From the sequence record MW845759.1: a stretch of 64,000 bases of DNA, one strand, 5' to 3'. The notes below the pieces were generated by a model. It ran no database searches, was not told where the DNA came from, and was given only the letters and a program-made list of their open reading frames with translations. How positions within the stretch are numbered: position 1 is the first letter of the stretch; the number at the start of each line of letters is the position of its first letter. Shown in pieces: positions 35,709 to 45,885 of this stretch. A program made the translations under genes and the position numbers.

Positions 35709-37340
35709 GTGAGAAAGCTGAACTGGGTAGACTTCTATTTGTTGAACGTCAACAAAAGTCTGGTATCGACCCTAAAACCGATAACCACCACCGACACCTT
35801 CGCGGGGATGACCAAGAACTTTCACCCTGAGGGATTGTATTCGACCGAAGTATTCGGGCCTGTAGGAAAAGAAGAGCGTGATGCGACATTCGCCTACATC
35901 GACGTTAAGCTGGAGATTATCTCGCCAACCGTTGCGCTGGCACTCTTCGGTCTTAAACAACTTTATGAAGAAATTTGTTCCGGTCGCCGTTATGCCACGT
36001 GGAACGAAAAAGAAAAGGACTTCGAGCCTGCCCTGCCGACGGATGCGGGCGCGGATACAGGCTACACGTTTTTCATGAAGCACTACCTTGAATTGACTCC
36101 GGCACGCAATACGTCCTTACGGCGTGATGACACGCTGGACTTCTTTTTTAAATTTCGCCAATACTCACTGAGCCGCTATGTGCTGGTGCTTCCAGCCGGG
36201 CTGCGTGACCTGATGATTCGTCAGGATGGGCGAGATCAAGAAGAAGAGATTAACCCCATTTACCGTCGTCTGATTACGCTGGCGCGTGCTGTCCCTGAAA
36301 AGGCACAGGCGTCAACGATTACTGACCCGGTACGCTGGAGGATTCAGTCCACCTTTAATGAAATCTGGGAATACTTCTTCACGCTGATGGACGGTAAACG
36401 AGGCTACGCGCGCTCGAAAGTTACCAGCCGTAAAATCATGAACGGTACGCGAAACGTACTGTCCTCAGCGCAAGTCGGCTCCATCGAAATGGGCCGAGAT
36501 GACCAGATTCGTGCAACCGATACCCGTCAGGGTTTGTTGCAGACCTTAAAGGCGTTGCTCCCGGTTGCCCAGCATTACATTCGTGAACGCTATCTGGCCA
36601 ACATTCGAGCAGGCGACGGAAACCTCTACGGGGTGAATGTCAAATCATTAAAACGTGAGTTTCTGGAAGTGTCGGGCAAGGTCTATGACCAGTATGCCAC
36701 GGACGACGGGATTGAAAAACTCATCAACCGTTTGGAAGACCGCACTGCCAGACACCAACCTCTTTATATCGATAAGAATCACTACGTGGCCCTGATTTAT
36801 CAGGACGAGTCACGCTTTAAAGTGTTCTACGATATTGATGAATTACCTTTGGACTTCAAGCGCGAGAACGTCAGCGGGATTACCCTCGTTGAGTTACTCT
36901 ACCTGTCGGGGTATGACATCTGGAACGACTACTTCACATTTGTTACCCGTTATCCAGTCGCAGGCCGAGGCTCGACCTACAGCTCGACCATAAGATTGGA
37001 AACCACCACCCCGTCTGCCTTGAAAACAGAGCTTGATGAGAACTGGGAACCGAAATCAGGTAAGCCTGCTATTTCGTTTCCGCTGCGTCACATTAACGAC
37101 TTTGTTGAGTCGATGGCGGTACACCCTTCACGTCTGAATGGGTTGGGTGGCGACTACGACGGGGACATGACATCCAGCAACGCCGTGATGAGTGAAGAAG
37201 CTTTGGAAGAGAACCGTAAATGGCTTGATAGCCGCGAATACTGGTTCGATACTTCCGGTCGTTTCAAGATGAACCCGACCAACGACATCATTGACCGAAC
37301 GCTCGCTGCGCTATTGAAGCCCCCGGTCAAAAGGACCTAG
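35709..37340 (+). CDS. rpoC: Virion RNA polymerase beta' subunit, N-terminal/catalytic piece (phiKZ gp180-like)
   Basis: GLYSTEVFGP, VLPAGLRD, catalytic GGDYDGD; GGAG RBS before GTG. Confidence 0.92.
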   Translation: MRKLNWVDFYLLNVNKSLVSTLKPITTTDTFAGMTKNFHPEGLYSTEVFGPVGKEERDATFAYIDVKLEIISPTVALALFGLKQLYEEICSGRRYATWNEKEKDFEPALPTDAGADTGYTFFMKHYLELTPARNTSLRRDDTLDFFFKFRQYSLSRYVLVLPAGLRDLMIRQDGRDQEEEINPIYRRLITLARAVPEKAQASTITDPVRWRIQSTFNEIWEYFFTLMDGKRGYARSKVTSRKIMNGTRNVLSSAQVGSIEMGRDDQIRATDTRQGLLQTLKALLPVAQHYIRERYLANIRAGDGNLYGVNVKSLKREFLEVSGKVYDQYATDDGIEKLINRLEDRTARHQPLYIDKNHYVALIYQDESRFKVFYDIDELPLDFKRENVSGITLVELLYLSGYDIWNDYFTFVTRYPVAGRGSTYSSTIRLETTTPSALKTELDENWEPKSGKPAISFPLRHINDFVESMAVHPSRLNGLGGDYDGDMTSSNAVMSEEALEENRKWLDSREYWFDTSGRFKMNPTNDIIDRTLAALLKPPVKRT

Positions 37341-37342
37341 TC

Positions 37343-40300
37343 ATGTTGCTGATTAAACAGTTTAATAGAATGTTCTCGGTGCGTATGTTGCAAGAGTACG
37401 GCGCGCCGCGAATTATCTCGCTGGATAAACTTAAAATCCCGCGCGGTTCCATTTACCATAGCTTTGACATGTCGGGGGAGATTGCTCCCCCGCAAACCCT
37501 GCCGATTCTGGAACTGGAAAAACCAGCCCAGATTCGCCACCACGCTAAACTGGCAGCCGAAGGGTTAGTCGGTCGCCCTATCCCGGTACCGGTGCAGGGA
37601 CAAGAGCGTACCATTCTACAGTATCACCGTAACAACCGCCAAATGCGCCGCATGAAGTCTGAAGAAGTCATCATGAAGGATATGCGTACGCTGCTGGTTG
37701 AGAACTATGCGCCGATTCTGCCCCGTTACCGTTATGCGGACACCATCTTTGCGTGGTACGACCGCCTGCGTAACTTGATGATTACCATGCGTGACCAGAT
37801 TGCCGAAGATGCTGAGAAGTTCCCGCGTCAGAACTACATCATGATTGATGTGGGTGACACGATGCCGGCCTTCAACCGTTTTCGCAACACGTATGCGGAC
37901 CGCACGAACAAAGGGAAGATGGAGAACTTCCAGTCGTGGAACCTGCTGTGGCTGTTAGAGTTGTTTGCTTGGGCGGACGGTGACCGTGACAACTCCCTGA
38001 TTGGGCAGATGGACATGACCCAGCTGTCCCGTATCAATATCATTCTGACCCACAACCAAGCGTTCACCACCATTAACCTTGGCATGTTGGAACGTCTGCG
38101 TGATGGCGATAAAGGCAAGCTGTCTGATGACCAGATGGCGCGTCGTTTCTACCGCACCGTGGTAGCCGTGATGACTCAGCCACCGATTCAGAACATCGAC
38201 ACCGACTTCGTCACGCCGCTGGGTGATGAGTTGCACGTTGAGCGTCATGACCCGGCGGAAGACATTACCCCGATTCAGGATTTGGATGATTCTGAACTGG
38301 AAGCCGAAATTGCCCGCTTCGACCAGCAGATGTTTGATGTGGAAGAAGAAGTCAAAGTCAGCAAACCGAAAGAAGACCAGAAACCGACCACCATTGTGGT
38401 GGAAAAGGCTATCAGTCACGAAGCCATTATTCAGCAAGAGCTGGATAAGTTGGCCGAAGCCGGACGTCTGTCGGCAAAAGCCTATCAGGTACTGAAAGAG
38501 GCGCCGGGCAAATTCAAACAGCTGCCGAACCCGTATAACCCGAAAGAGACGTACGGTGATGCCCTGGTGATTAAAGACGAAGAACTGGAAGTGGTCCCGG
38601 AAGTGGTCTTCAAGGACGCCACGCTTGTCGAAGACTCATGGGTCGAGAACACGACTGATGAGATGATTCGTCGCTACAACAAAACCATGCTGCCAAAAGA
38701 CATCTTAGGCGCAGTTGCTTCAGCACAACGTCTGGGCTTGGTGATTCATGACCACCGAGTTGAGAAAGAGTATGCGGTGACCGGTAACGTTGAGCATCAC
38801 AGCCTGCGTATTCAGCCCGTGGGTGGCGAACCAACAACGGTTCACTTCTCAATGCCGATTCTTGACCGTGATGGGAACTGGCGTGCGAACGGCGTGGATT
38901 ACACTATGCGTCGTCAGCGTGTTGATATCCCGATTCGTAAAGTGGCACACGATACGGTAGCCCTGACTACGGCTTACGGTAAGAACTTTGTGACCCGCAG
39001 TGAGAAAGTGGTCAACGACTACGGCCGTTGGTTAACCAACGAAGTCGTGATTCGTGCCATTGACATCAAAGACACGCACATCAGCGATGCGCGTCTGGCG
39101 AACGTGTTTGACCCTGCGTATGTCTTGCCGAAACAGTACACCATGATGGCGCGCCGTGTGGCGACCTTCAACTCCATGGGGTACATGTGGAACTTCGACG
39201 TCAAGAAGATGGACGAGTTCTTTGGCAAAGAAATCATGGCGGACATGGCGAAGAAGAAACTTACGCCAGTGGCCAAAGGGAAAGCGGGGCAGATCGCGAT
39301 GGACGATCAGTCTCAACTGTACATTGTCAAAGGCGACAAAGTCGAGGCGCAGGGGACACTTACCGACCTGTTGGCTATCGATGCAACCAAAGCGCCGAAG
39401 GAAGTCAGCGAGTTGTCTCTCATGGGCAAATCTATCTCGCTCGGCTTTGTGTTCTCTTACTACCTTGGCCTAACCGGAATGCTCAAACACTTCGGGGTTC
39501 GCTATGAGGTGCTCCCGCCGGGTCAACGACTTGACAAATCTGAATACGACATGATTATCCGTCTGGCGGACGCGAAGATTGTCGTGATGTGTGACAGCGA
39601 CCAGCAACGTATGGTCGTGAACGGGATGGACAAATACCTCAAGCACATGACCACGTACACCGAGTCGGAAATGGAGCGTGAAGACGTCTACCTGAACCTG
39701 CTCATGGAAGGAGATAAACTGACTGCCCGCTACGTGAACGAACTGACGCTGATGCGTAAAGGTTTCGTTGACGATATGCATGCACGTATCTTGCGGCGGA
39801 TGGGTGAACCTGAAACCTTTATCGGCCTGCTGGAACGGGCAAACGAAATGCTGACCAACGACCACACCAAGCCGGAGATTAACGGCGAAGAGATGATGTT
39901 CGTGGGCAATGCGCGCTTGGCCTACCACCTGTACGGGGCACTGGCCAAAGCTAACCGTAACTATCTGAACGCACCGGTTTCACAACGCCGCTTCGAGCTG
40001 CCGAATGAACTGGTCTGGGGAGCGATTAACTCCGACCCGTCTGTGTTGGTGACACAGGGGGCGAACCCAATCCAATCGATTAAAGAGAAAGACGTCATTA
40101 CCATGGGCGGTACCGGTGGTCGTGACCGTAAGACTATGGTGAAGCACACGCGTGCCTTTACCAAGTCAGATTTGGGTGTGGTATCTGGCGACACCGTCGA
40201 TAACGGTGACGTAGGGATTACCTCCTTCCTGTCGGCGAATCCACAGTTTGCAACGGTGGACGGGTTGACGAAACCACGGGAATTGGACGGACAGCCTATC

Positions 40301-41500
40301 GGGAGTCTGATGTCGTTTTGTGTTGGGTTGGCGCCTGACTCACTTATCGACGATGACAAACGTTGGAACTTCGTGAATATCCAAATGGGGTCTGCACAAG
40401 CTGCAGAGGGGCACGTAGTTACTCCTTACCAAACCGGTCAGGGGAAACTTGTGGCACACCGTACCTCAACCAAACATGCGCGCATTCTGGACAAAGACGC
40501 AACGGTGTTAGACGTAACCCCTGATGCGATTCGCGTTCGTTATACAGACAAGACTGAAGAGTCGTTCCCACTAGGACGCTGGTTCGGAGCACACGAAGGT
40601 CAACTCTATCCGCATGACATGGTTACCAATTGGAAGAAGGGCGACAAGCTCAAAGCCAAAACCGTGATGACGTACAACAGCAAACACTTTGCCCCGGACT
40701 ATTATAACCCGACGCAAGTCAACTGGAAGAATGGCGCTTTGGCGACCGTCGTTCTGATAGAGGGTGAAGAGACGTACGAGGACTCCAACGCAATTGACAG
40801 TACCATTGCGAAGCAGTTAGAGGCAGAGACAACCAAGCCTAAGGAAGTGGTCATCGGCTTTAACCAGAACATCCTCGAGGTTATCAAAGAGGGCAGTGAG
40901 GTGGACATCGATACCATCCTATGCACCTTTAGCGACAACCTGTCTGGCGATATGGAGAACTTCTCAGAAGAGTCCGCAGCGACGCTGCATGACTTGAGTG
41001 CCTTTGCACCGCGTGCTGGCGTGCGCGGTCGAGTGGACAAAATCGAGATTGTCTATCATGGCGAAATCGAAGAGATGTCTCCGTCTGTCGGTGAGCAGGT
41101 TCGTAAGTACGACCGGATACGCAAGCGTGAAGCTGCGGCTTCGAATGAAGAGCTGGCCTCCTCTGGCGCGGTAACAGGCGATTACCGTGTTGACGGGGTG
41201 CCACTGGCGTATCAGTCTGTCTGTGTGAAATTCTACATCTCGCATTTAACGGAGATGGCGGCAGGCGATAAAGCGGTGGTCGCAAACCAGCTGAAAACCA
41301 CGGTGCAGTATCGCATGGTCGGTACGAACGAAACTTATTCAGGTCGTCCTATCAACGTGTACTTTGGCCGTAACTCGGTTGAGGCACGTATCGTGGGCTC
41401 GCTCTACAACATCGGTACGTCGAACTTCATTGCTGTTGAAAGCGGGAAGAACGTGCTGAAGATTCTTGCCGGGGAGAATATCCCACTGCTGAGAATGTAA
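37343..41500 (+). CDS. rpoB: Virion RNA polymerase beta subunit, large N-terminal piece (phiKZ gp178-like)
   Basis: 1385 aa; GGTGG, NGDVG, RWNFVNIQMGSAQ, TYEDS, GDKAVVANQLKT (both conserved Lys present). Confidence 0.92.
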   Translation: MLLIKQFNRMFSVRMLQEYGAPRIISLDKLKIPRGSIYHSFDMSGEIAPPQTLPILELEKPAQIRHHAKLAAEGLVGRPIPVPVQGQERTILQYHRNNRQMRRMKSEEVIMKDMRTLLVENYAPILPRYRYADTIFAWYDRLRNLMITMRDQIAEDAEKFPRQNYIMIDVGDTMPAFNRFRNTYADRTNKGKMENFQSWNLLWLLELFAWADGDRDNSLIGQMDMTQLSRINIILTHNQAFTTINLGMLERLRDGDKGKLSDDQMARRFYRTVVAVMTQPPIQNIDTDFVTPLGDELHVERHDPAEDITPIQDLDDSELEAEIARFDQQMFDVEEEVKVSKPKEDQKPTTIVVEKAISHEAIIQQELDKLAEAGRLSAKAYQVLKEAPGKFKQLPNPYNPKETYGDALVIKDEELEVVPEVVFKDATLVEDSWVENTTDEMIRRYNKTMLPKDILGAVASAQRLGLVIHDHRVEKEYAVTGNVEHHSLRIQPVGGEPTTVHFSMPILDRDGNWRANGVDYTMRRQRVDIPIRKVAHDTVALTTAYGKNFVTRSEKVVNDYGRWLTNEVVIRAIDIKDTHISDARLANVFDPAYVLPKQYTMMARRVATFNSMGYMWNFDVKKMDEFFGKEIMADMAKKKLTPVAKGKAGQIAMDDQSQLYIVKGDKVEAQGTLTDLLAIDATKAPKEVSELSLMGKSISLGFVFSYYLGLTGMLKHFGVRYEVLPPGQRLDKSEYDMIIRLADAKIVVMCDSDQQRMVVNGMDKYLKHMTTYTESEMEREDVYLNLLMEGDKLTARYVNELTLMRKGFVDDMHARILRRMGEPETFIGLLERANEMLTNDHTKPEINGEEMMFVGNARLAYHLYGALAKANRNYLNAPVSQRRFELPNELVWGAINSDPSVLVTQGANPIQSIKEKDVITMGGTGGRDRKTMVKHTRAFTKSDLGVVSGDTVDNGDVGITSFLSANPQFATVDGLTKPRELDGQPIGSLMSFCVGLAPDSLIDDDKRWNFVNIQMGSAQAAEGHVVTPYQTGQGKLVAHRTSTKHARILDKDATVLDVTPDAIRVRYTDKTEESFPLGRWFGAHEGQLYPHDMVTNWKKGDKLKAKTVMTYNSKHFAPDYYNPTQVNWKNGALATVVLIEGEETYEDSNAIDSTIAKQLEAETTKPKEVVIGFNQNILEVIKEGSEVDIDTILCTFSDNLSGDMENFSEESAATLHDLSAFAPRAGVRGRVDKIEIVYHGEIEEMSPSVGEQVRKYDRIRKREAAASNEELASSGAVTGDYRVDGVPLAYQSVCVKFYISHLTEMAAGDKAVVANQLKTTVQYRMVGTNETYSGRPINVYFGRNSVEARIVGSLYNIGTSNFIAVESGKNVLKILAGENIPLLRM

Positions 41501-41551
41501 ATCACCCTGCCGGGTCGCTCCCGGCAGGTTATCTAACTTCCGGAGTTAACC

Positions 41552-41842
41552 ATGGATATTATTCAACAGATTAAACTGCGTTCGGGTCAGGCAGCGTCTA
41601 ACCCGCAGCAGACTACGGACACCGCAAGCTACAACCCTAAGATGCGTTTGAACTATCTCACCATGGCCAACGCCGTTGAGTTGTCAACCGAAATCATTGC
41701 CGCGGTTATCAAAGGTAGCAATGGGGTCAGTGGTGAAGTGGGCGGCGCGCGTTTACTTAAACGCGATATCGCAGATATGGCAGCAGCACGCATGGCAGCA
41801 CGTCTGTCGGAAGCAGCGGCATCCGAAGGGGATAACCAATAA
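41552..41842 (+). CDS. Small conserved protein in the RNAP/head operon
   Basis: GGAG RBS; TAATG coupling to the next gene. Confidence 0.65.
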   Translation: MDIIQQIKLRSGQAASNPQQTTDTASYNPKMRLNYLTMANAVELSTEIIAAVIKGSNGVSGEVGGARLLKRDIADMAAARMAARLSEAAASEGDNQ

Positions 41843-43284
41843 TGATTAACGTCTACTCTTTTAATGCCATTACGCAAGCGATGGACGTCGCGAAGGCAAA
41901 CAATTTGAAAGTGGTGACCTGTCAGGACAGCCCGGTTGATTTACTGAACCGTGCGGCATCTGGCCCGTCTCTGCTGAACGCCGCTATTACCGATGAAGAG
42001 TTTATTCATCGTCTGCCGGAGGAGCTGAAAATCGGTGCTATCCTCGGCGAAGGGAAAGAAGTGGCCTTTGTTAAAGACGGTGCACATTCTTCACTCGTCC
42101 CAATCAGCGAGCATGAAATGACGCTGAAAGAACTGGTGAAAATGGCCAGCGGTCGTATTGCCGGTTTACTGGACTTCTCCCGTAACGTGGCACAGCCGTT
42201 TGTCCGTTCCGTGATTGAACAGATTAACGAACCGACCCCAACCGAAGTCGTCGAAGAGTGGTCTCTGGTGCCTATCGCGCTGGACTCTATCTTTGATGCG
42301 CCGGTCGTCCAAGGTCTGCTGAAATCTGTCCCGAACCTGCAAGTGGCAAGCTATGAGTACGATCGCTTAGACGGTCTGCAAGTGCCTGCTAACCTGCCAG
42401 TGCCGGTGACCGGTTCTAAAGCGTACGATGACCTGATTGTCATCCTGCTGAACGACCTGAAAGTCACCCCGGCCGAACTGATGACGCAGGCCATCGCCGG
42501 TTGTGGTATGAACCCGTTCCGTCCTGAAGCGTGGCGTGTGGTGAAAGAGCGTGTAGCAACCATGTTACTGGCGGCGTACTACGTCGAAAACCCGTGGGCG
42601 GACTCCGGTATCACCTCGACCAAATGGGATCTGTACCTGCCGCGTGTGTCCGTTGCGAACATTGCGTGGTTGATGACTTACCTGAACCAGTTGAACGATA
42701 AAGTGAAAGCTGGCCAGACCGTTCTGTCTATTGACGGCGATAGCATGAACGTGTATGTGTGTCAGGAAGTCTATTCTGCGTATGTGGAGAAAGGCGGTTG
42801 TGCGGAAGCGCTGCTGGGTGCTGTGTACTCGCAGGAAGACGAAGACGCCGGTCCGGTCTCCACCAACATCGCGTATCTGCTGGAAAATCAGAACCAGCTG
42901 GTTGCGGCATGGTCACGTCGCAGTGCGGTCACTAAAGCGGCACAGGAAACTGACTGGGTTAACCTGCACCGTACCAACCTGAAGAACTCGTTCTATCAGC
43001 AGATTGGTGCCGCTGAGCAGGGACATCTGGGCTTCCCGGCAGACCTCGCCCGTAAGCAGTGCTCTGAGTCCATTGACAAGTGCTTTGGCCGCCAGACTAC
43101 CGACATTACCGAGTTTGCCATTGAAGTGGCAGCCCGCGATGTGTTCGGTGATGAGTCGGTGGGACGTATCCTCAAAGCGATTCACCGCGGCATGAAAGAC
43201 GGCGTTGAGCCAGATGTGGCTGCCCGTGATGAAGTGGTCGAGTACGTACTGGACTGGGTGCTGGGTAGCCTGTATTTAGAATAA
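41842..43284 (+). CDS. Probable virion (head) structural protein
   Basis: 480 aa with strong codon bias; lies between RNAP beta-N and beta'-C as in phiKZ-like phages. Confidence 0.65.
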   Translation: MINVYSFNAITQAMDVAKANNLKVVTCQDSPVDLLNRAASGPSLLNAAITDEEFIHRLPEELKIGAILGEGKEVAFVKDGAHSSLVPISEHEMTLKELVKMASGRIAGLLDFSRNVAQPFVRSVIEQINEPTPTEVVEEWSLVPIALDSIFDAPVVQGLLKSVPNLQVASYEYDRLDGLQVPANLPVPVTGSKAYDDLIVILLNDLKVTPAELMTQAIAGCGMNPFRPEAWRVVKERVATMLLAAYYVENPWADSGITSTKWDLYLPRVSVANIAWLMTYLNQLNDKVKAGQTVLSIDGDSMNVYVCQEVYSAYVEKGGCAEALLGAVYSQEDEDAGPVSTNIAYLLENQNQLVAAWSRRSAVTKAAQETDWVNLHRTNLKNSFYQQIGAAEQGHLGFPADLARKQCSESIDKCFGRQTTDITEFAIEVAARDVFGDESVGRILKAIHRGMKDGVEPDVAARDEVVEYVLDWVLGSLYLE

Positions 43285-43294
43285 GGAAGAGAGA

Positions 43295-44017
43295 ATGAAC
43301 GCCATTGAAACAGCTTCGCGTGACCCGAAGAAGGTGCATGCGGATTTAGTAGACCGGGACAATATGACCATCACCAAAGGTGGTTGTTACATTTACATCC
43401 CGGTTGGGTTTGCATCGAAAGAGATGGCGTTCATCTCTTCTGAAGTTCTTATCATGGGGATGTTTGCCATCTCCACTGACCGTAAAACGTACGGCGTTTC
43501 CAACGTTACGACGTTGATTGAAATTACCCCCACCACATTTGAACAGGTGGATTTATTTGGGGAGCCGTATTACGAGTTTCGATTTGACCCGGGCACTGTG
43601 GTGTTCCCGAACCGGATGCTTTCTTGTCTACCCGGTCACGTGTACAACATTGTCTCGTATCTTTACGATTACGGGAATGTGCCTTTTTGGATGAATGCTG
43701 TCGACCACGCCGAATTACTTGCTGATGTGCCGTTGTGGAATACCTTCCGAGTATTCAACGACCAAATAGACCGCGACGTTTACGCCGCCCACATCCAACG
43801 TAACCCTAAAAACGTCCGTGAGTTTTTCCGCGCCAGTCTGAAAAAGGATAGCGATATTTATAACCCGGTGCAATTCATTCCTCTACGTGACGGTTCTTTG
43901 AACAAAACGTCTCGGCTGGCGAAACTGTCCGACACGGAACTTCGCCGTGGTATCCGGTCAGCCTTAACCAACGACCCGGTTCGTGCCGAGCCGCTCGAAG
44001 ACATCTTTATGCGATAA
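43295..44017 (+). CDS. rpoC: Virion RNA polymerase beta' subunit, C-terminal piece (phiKZ gp176-like)
   Basis: 240 aa directly upstream of the prohead protease; C-terminal FIPL....LNKTSRLAKL....L..GI..AL.....EPLEDI resembles the beta' C-terminus. Confidence 0.7.
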   Translation: MNAIETASRDPKKVHADLVDRDNMTITKGGCYIYIPVGFASKEMAFISSEVLIMGMFAISTDRKTYGVSNVTTLIEITPTTFEQVDLFGEPYYEFRFDPGTVVFPNRMLSCLPGHVYNIVSYLYDYGNVPFWMNAVDHAELLADVPLWNTFRVFNDQIDRDVYAAHIQRNPKNVREFFRASLKKDSDIYNPVQFIPLRDGSLNKTSRLAKLSDTELRRGIRSALTNDPVRAEPLEDIFMR

Positions 44018-44032
44018 AATTTGGAGGATTGC

Positions 44033-44836
44033 ATGGAAAACATGACGTTGCGCTATAACTGCGTAGCGCTGGCAGGGGTGAATAACCCTCAGCAACTGCA
44101 GCGTGACGGCGACTACTACCGCGTGCTGTTAGGCGCATTGAACGTGTTCAACTCTGAGAACATCTTCTACACCTACAACGAATCGAAACACGTATTCGAG
44201 CGTTCCAGTGTGTTCATGCGCAAGATTGCTGCCGGTAACCTGTTCGGGGAGTGTGACCACCCGGAATGGGCACAGGGTATGACCGAAGCCGAATTCATGG
44301 AGCGCAATGAGTGGATTGAAATCACCAACACGGCGTTCCATATTCGTGACGTGGATGTCATCACGACCGATGAGATGTGCAATGGCCAGCCGGTCGTGGA
44401 AATCTGGGGATGGATTAAACCAGAAGACAACGACCTCGGCCGTCGCCTGCGCGCCGGTCTGGACAACCCGCACCAAAACGTGTGCTTCTCTCTGCGCGCA
44501 ATTGTACGTCAGGGCGTCATCGGTGGCGTACGTACCCGTCGTATTGATAAGCTGGTTACTTTTGACTGGGTTATTGAAGACGGGCTGCGTATCTGTAACA
44601 AATACTCCAGCATGGTTCGTGGGTCTACTGTTGCGCAAGAGTCTACGCGTACGTATATCGACCGTCCGGTGAGTCGTGAAGCTTGTGAGCAATTGATTGC
44701 CACGGGTGCCAGACAACTGGCTGTCGCTACGGAGTCCCGCCGCGCGTCGGTGGTGAGCTCAGCGCGAGAGTACCTCAAAACGATTGACAGTCGTCCTACG
44801 GTGAAACATGTTGGCATGGGAGCGAGGGCTTGGTAA
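44033..44836 (+). CDS. Prohead serine protease (phiKZ gp175-like)
   Basis: GECDHP (His), CFSLRA (Ser), VTFDWV; C-terminal AQE and ATE sites; GGAGGA RBS. Confidence 0.88.
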   Translation: MENMTLRYNCVALAGVNNPQQLQRDGDYYRVLLGALNVFNSENIFYTYNESKHVFERSSVFMRKIAAGNLFGECDHPEWAQGMTEAEFMERNEWIEITNTAFHIRDVDVITTDEMCNGQPVVEIWGWIKPEDNDLGRRLRAGLDNPHQNVCFSLRAIVRQGVIGGVRTRRIDKLVTFDWVIEDGLRICNKYSSMVRGSTVAQESTRTYIDRPVSREACEQLIATGARQLAVATESRRASVVSSAREYLKTIDSRPTVKHVGMGARAW

Positions 44837-45451
44837 ATGGCGTTGTTATCGTCGTTGGAATTATGGCGTAACGGACAGAATCCCAAGCTTTACTCGCGAT
44901 TGCGGCCTCGCGGGATTGAGACCGCGCCTTTGCACATCAGTGCAAACCCTGTTCGTAAATTTATACCTCGTATTCCGTTGTCCTGTGCACCGGGCGAAGA
45001 CCAAACGGTCGCTCGTGTCTGTTGTGCATTATCGTTGGAGAACTGTTTCAAGGGTGCAGCCTGGAATTTCAAAGGAGTCCCTCCGAAGAGATTCCACGTG
45101 TATGGTTTCAATGAAGACGCGGTGATTGACCCCACCCCGACTCTGACTCAGGAACCGTCTCGGAACGGTGAGGTTTGGATTGTGCCTCACCGTTTATCGA
45201 ATTGGGATTTAACACCAGAAGCCGTAGGGCAGATGCGCTTGCATTCGCATACGGAAAATTTGGGTCGCTTTACTTACATCTTGCAGACCTACACGGATGT
45301 GATTCTCAATGATGAACAGACCCTCGGCGCCGGATGGTGGAAAATCGTTGTCCGTTTTAACGGCAATAACGGTATCACCCTATCTTACGACGGGGAATCA
45401 AACAGTAATGAATTTGGTAACGCGGCAAATGTTTATTCGGTCATTAGCTAG
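44837..45451 (+). CDS. Hypothetical protein, possible ADP-ribosyltransferase fold
   Basis: LHIS..FIPRIP...ED..RVCCALSLENC..FHVY..NGEVW pattern; the ART call is inference. Confidence 0.55.
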   Translation: MALLSSLELWRNGQNPKLYSRLRPRGIETAPLHISANPVRKFIPRIPLSCAPGEDQTVARVCCALSLENCFKGAAWNFKGVPPKRFHVYGFNEDAVIDPTPTLTQEPSRNGEVWIVPHRLSNWDLTPEAVGQMRLHSHTENLGRFTYILQTYTDVILNDEQTLGAGWWKIVVRFNGNNGITLSYDGESNSNEFGNAANVYSVIS

Positions 45452-45504
45452 GCTCATCTGGAGCGGTATTCGCGGTCTGCACCCCTTGAATACAGGAGTC
45501 CTCC

Positions 45505-45801
45505 ATGAAATCAGTGAACATCGAGATACCTCCAACTTTGCGCACGCTTACGACTGGTGAACTGGAGAGTTTGGTTATCCACACGGTCAACGGTCGAGCC
45601 GGGAAGCCGGTTTTAAGTGAAATCCTGAGTGAGCGATTCGACACCAAACGAAAAGTAAACTCAGCAGTCAACCATCTCGCACAGGACGAGCTGATTAAGT
45701 TCTATTGTGATGTGGATGCTGCGAAAGCCAAGATTGACTTCGGAAGAGGTTACTTCTTGTTGACTGAGCCGCACCGGAGTTTTTTCGCTATTAAGCAGTA
45801 A
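45505..45801 (+). CDS. Small hypothetical protein
   Basis: AGGAG RBS; followed by a terminator. Confidence 0.7.
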   Translation: MKSVNIEIPPTLRTLTTGELESLVIHTVNGRAGKPVLSEILSERFDTKRKVNSAVNHLAQDELIKFYCDVDAAKAKIDFGRGYFLLTEPHRSFFAIKQ

Positions 45802-45807
45802 GTGAAC

Positions 45808-45845
45808 TACCCTCCTTCGGGAGGGTATTCCCTTTTCTTTTTTCA
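45808..45845 (+). terminator. Intrinsic terminator, UUCG loop
   Basis: taccctcc-ttcg-ggagggta followed by a T tract. Confidence 0.8.
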
Positions 45846-45885
45846 CATGTATTCCTAGGTATGTAGATTACACCTGTTTAGGAAT

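Noticed and set aside
28207-35709. Programmed frameshift tail-assembly chaperone upstream of the tape measure
   Set aside because: No room for one: the tape-measure start is 23 nt from the divergent RNAP gene, and no overlapping ORF pair with a slippery site was found.
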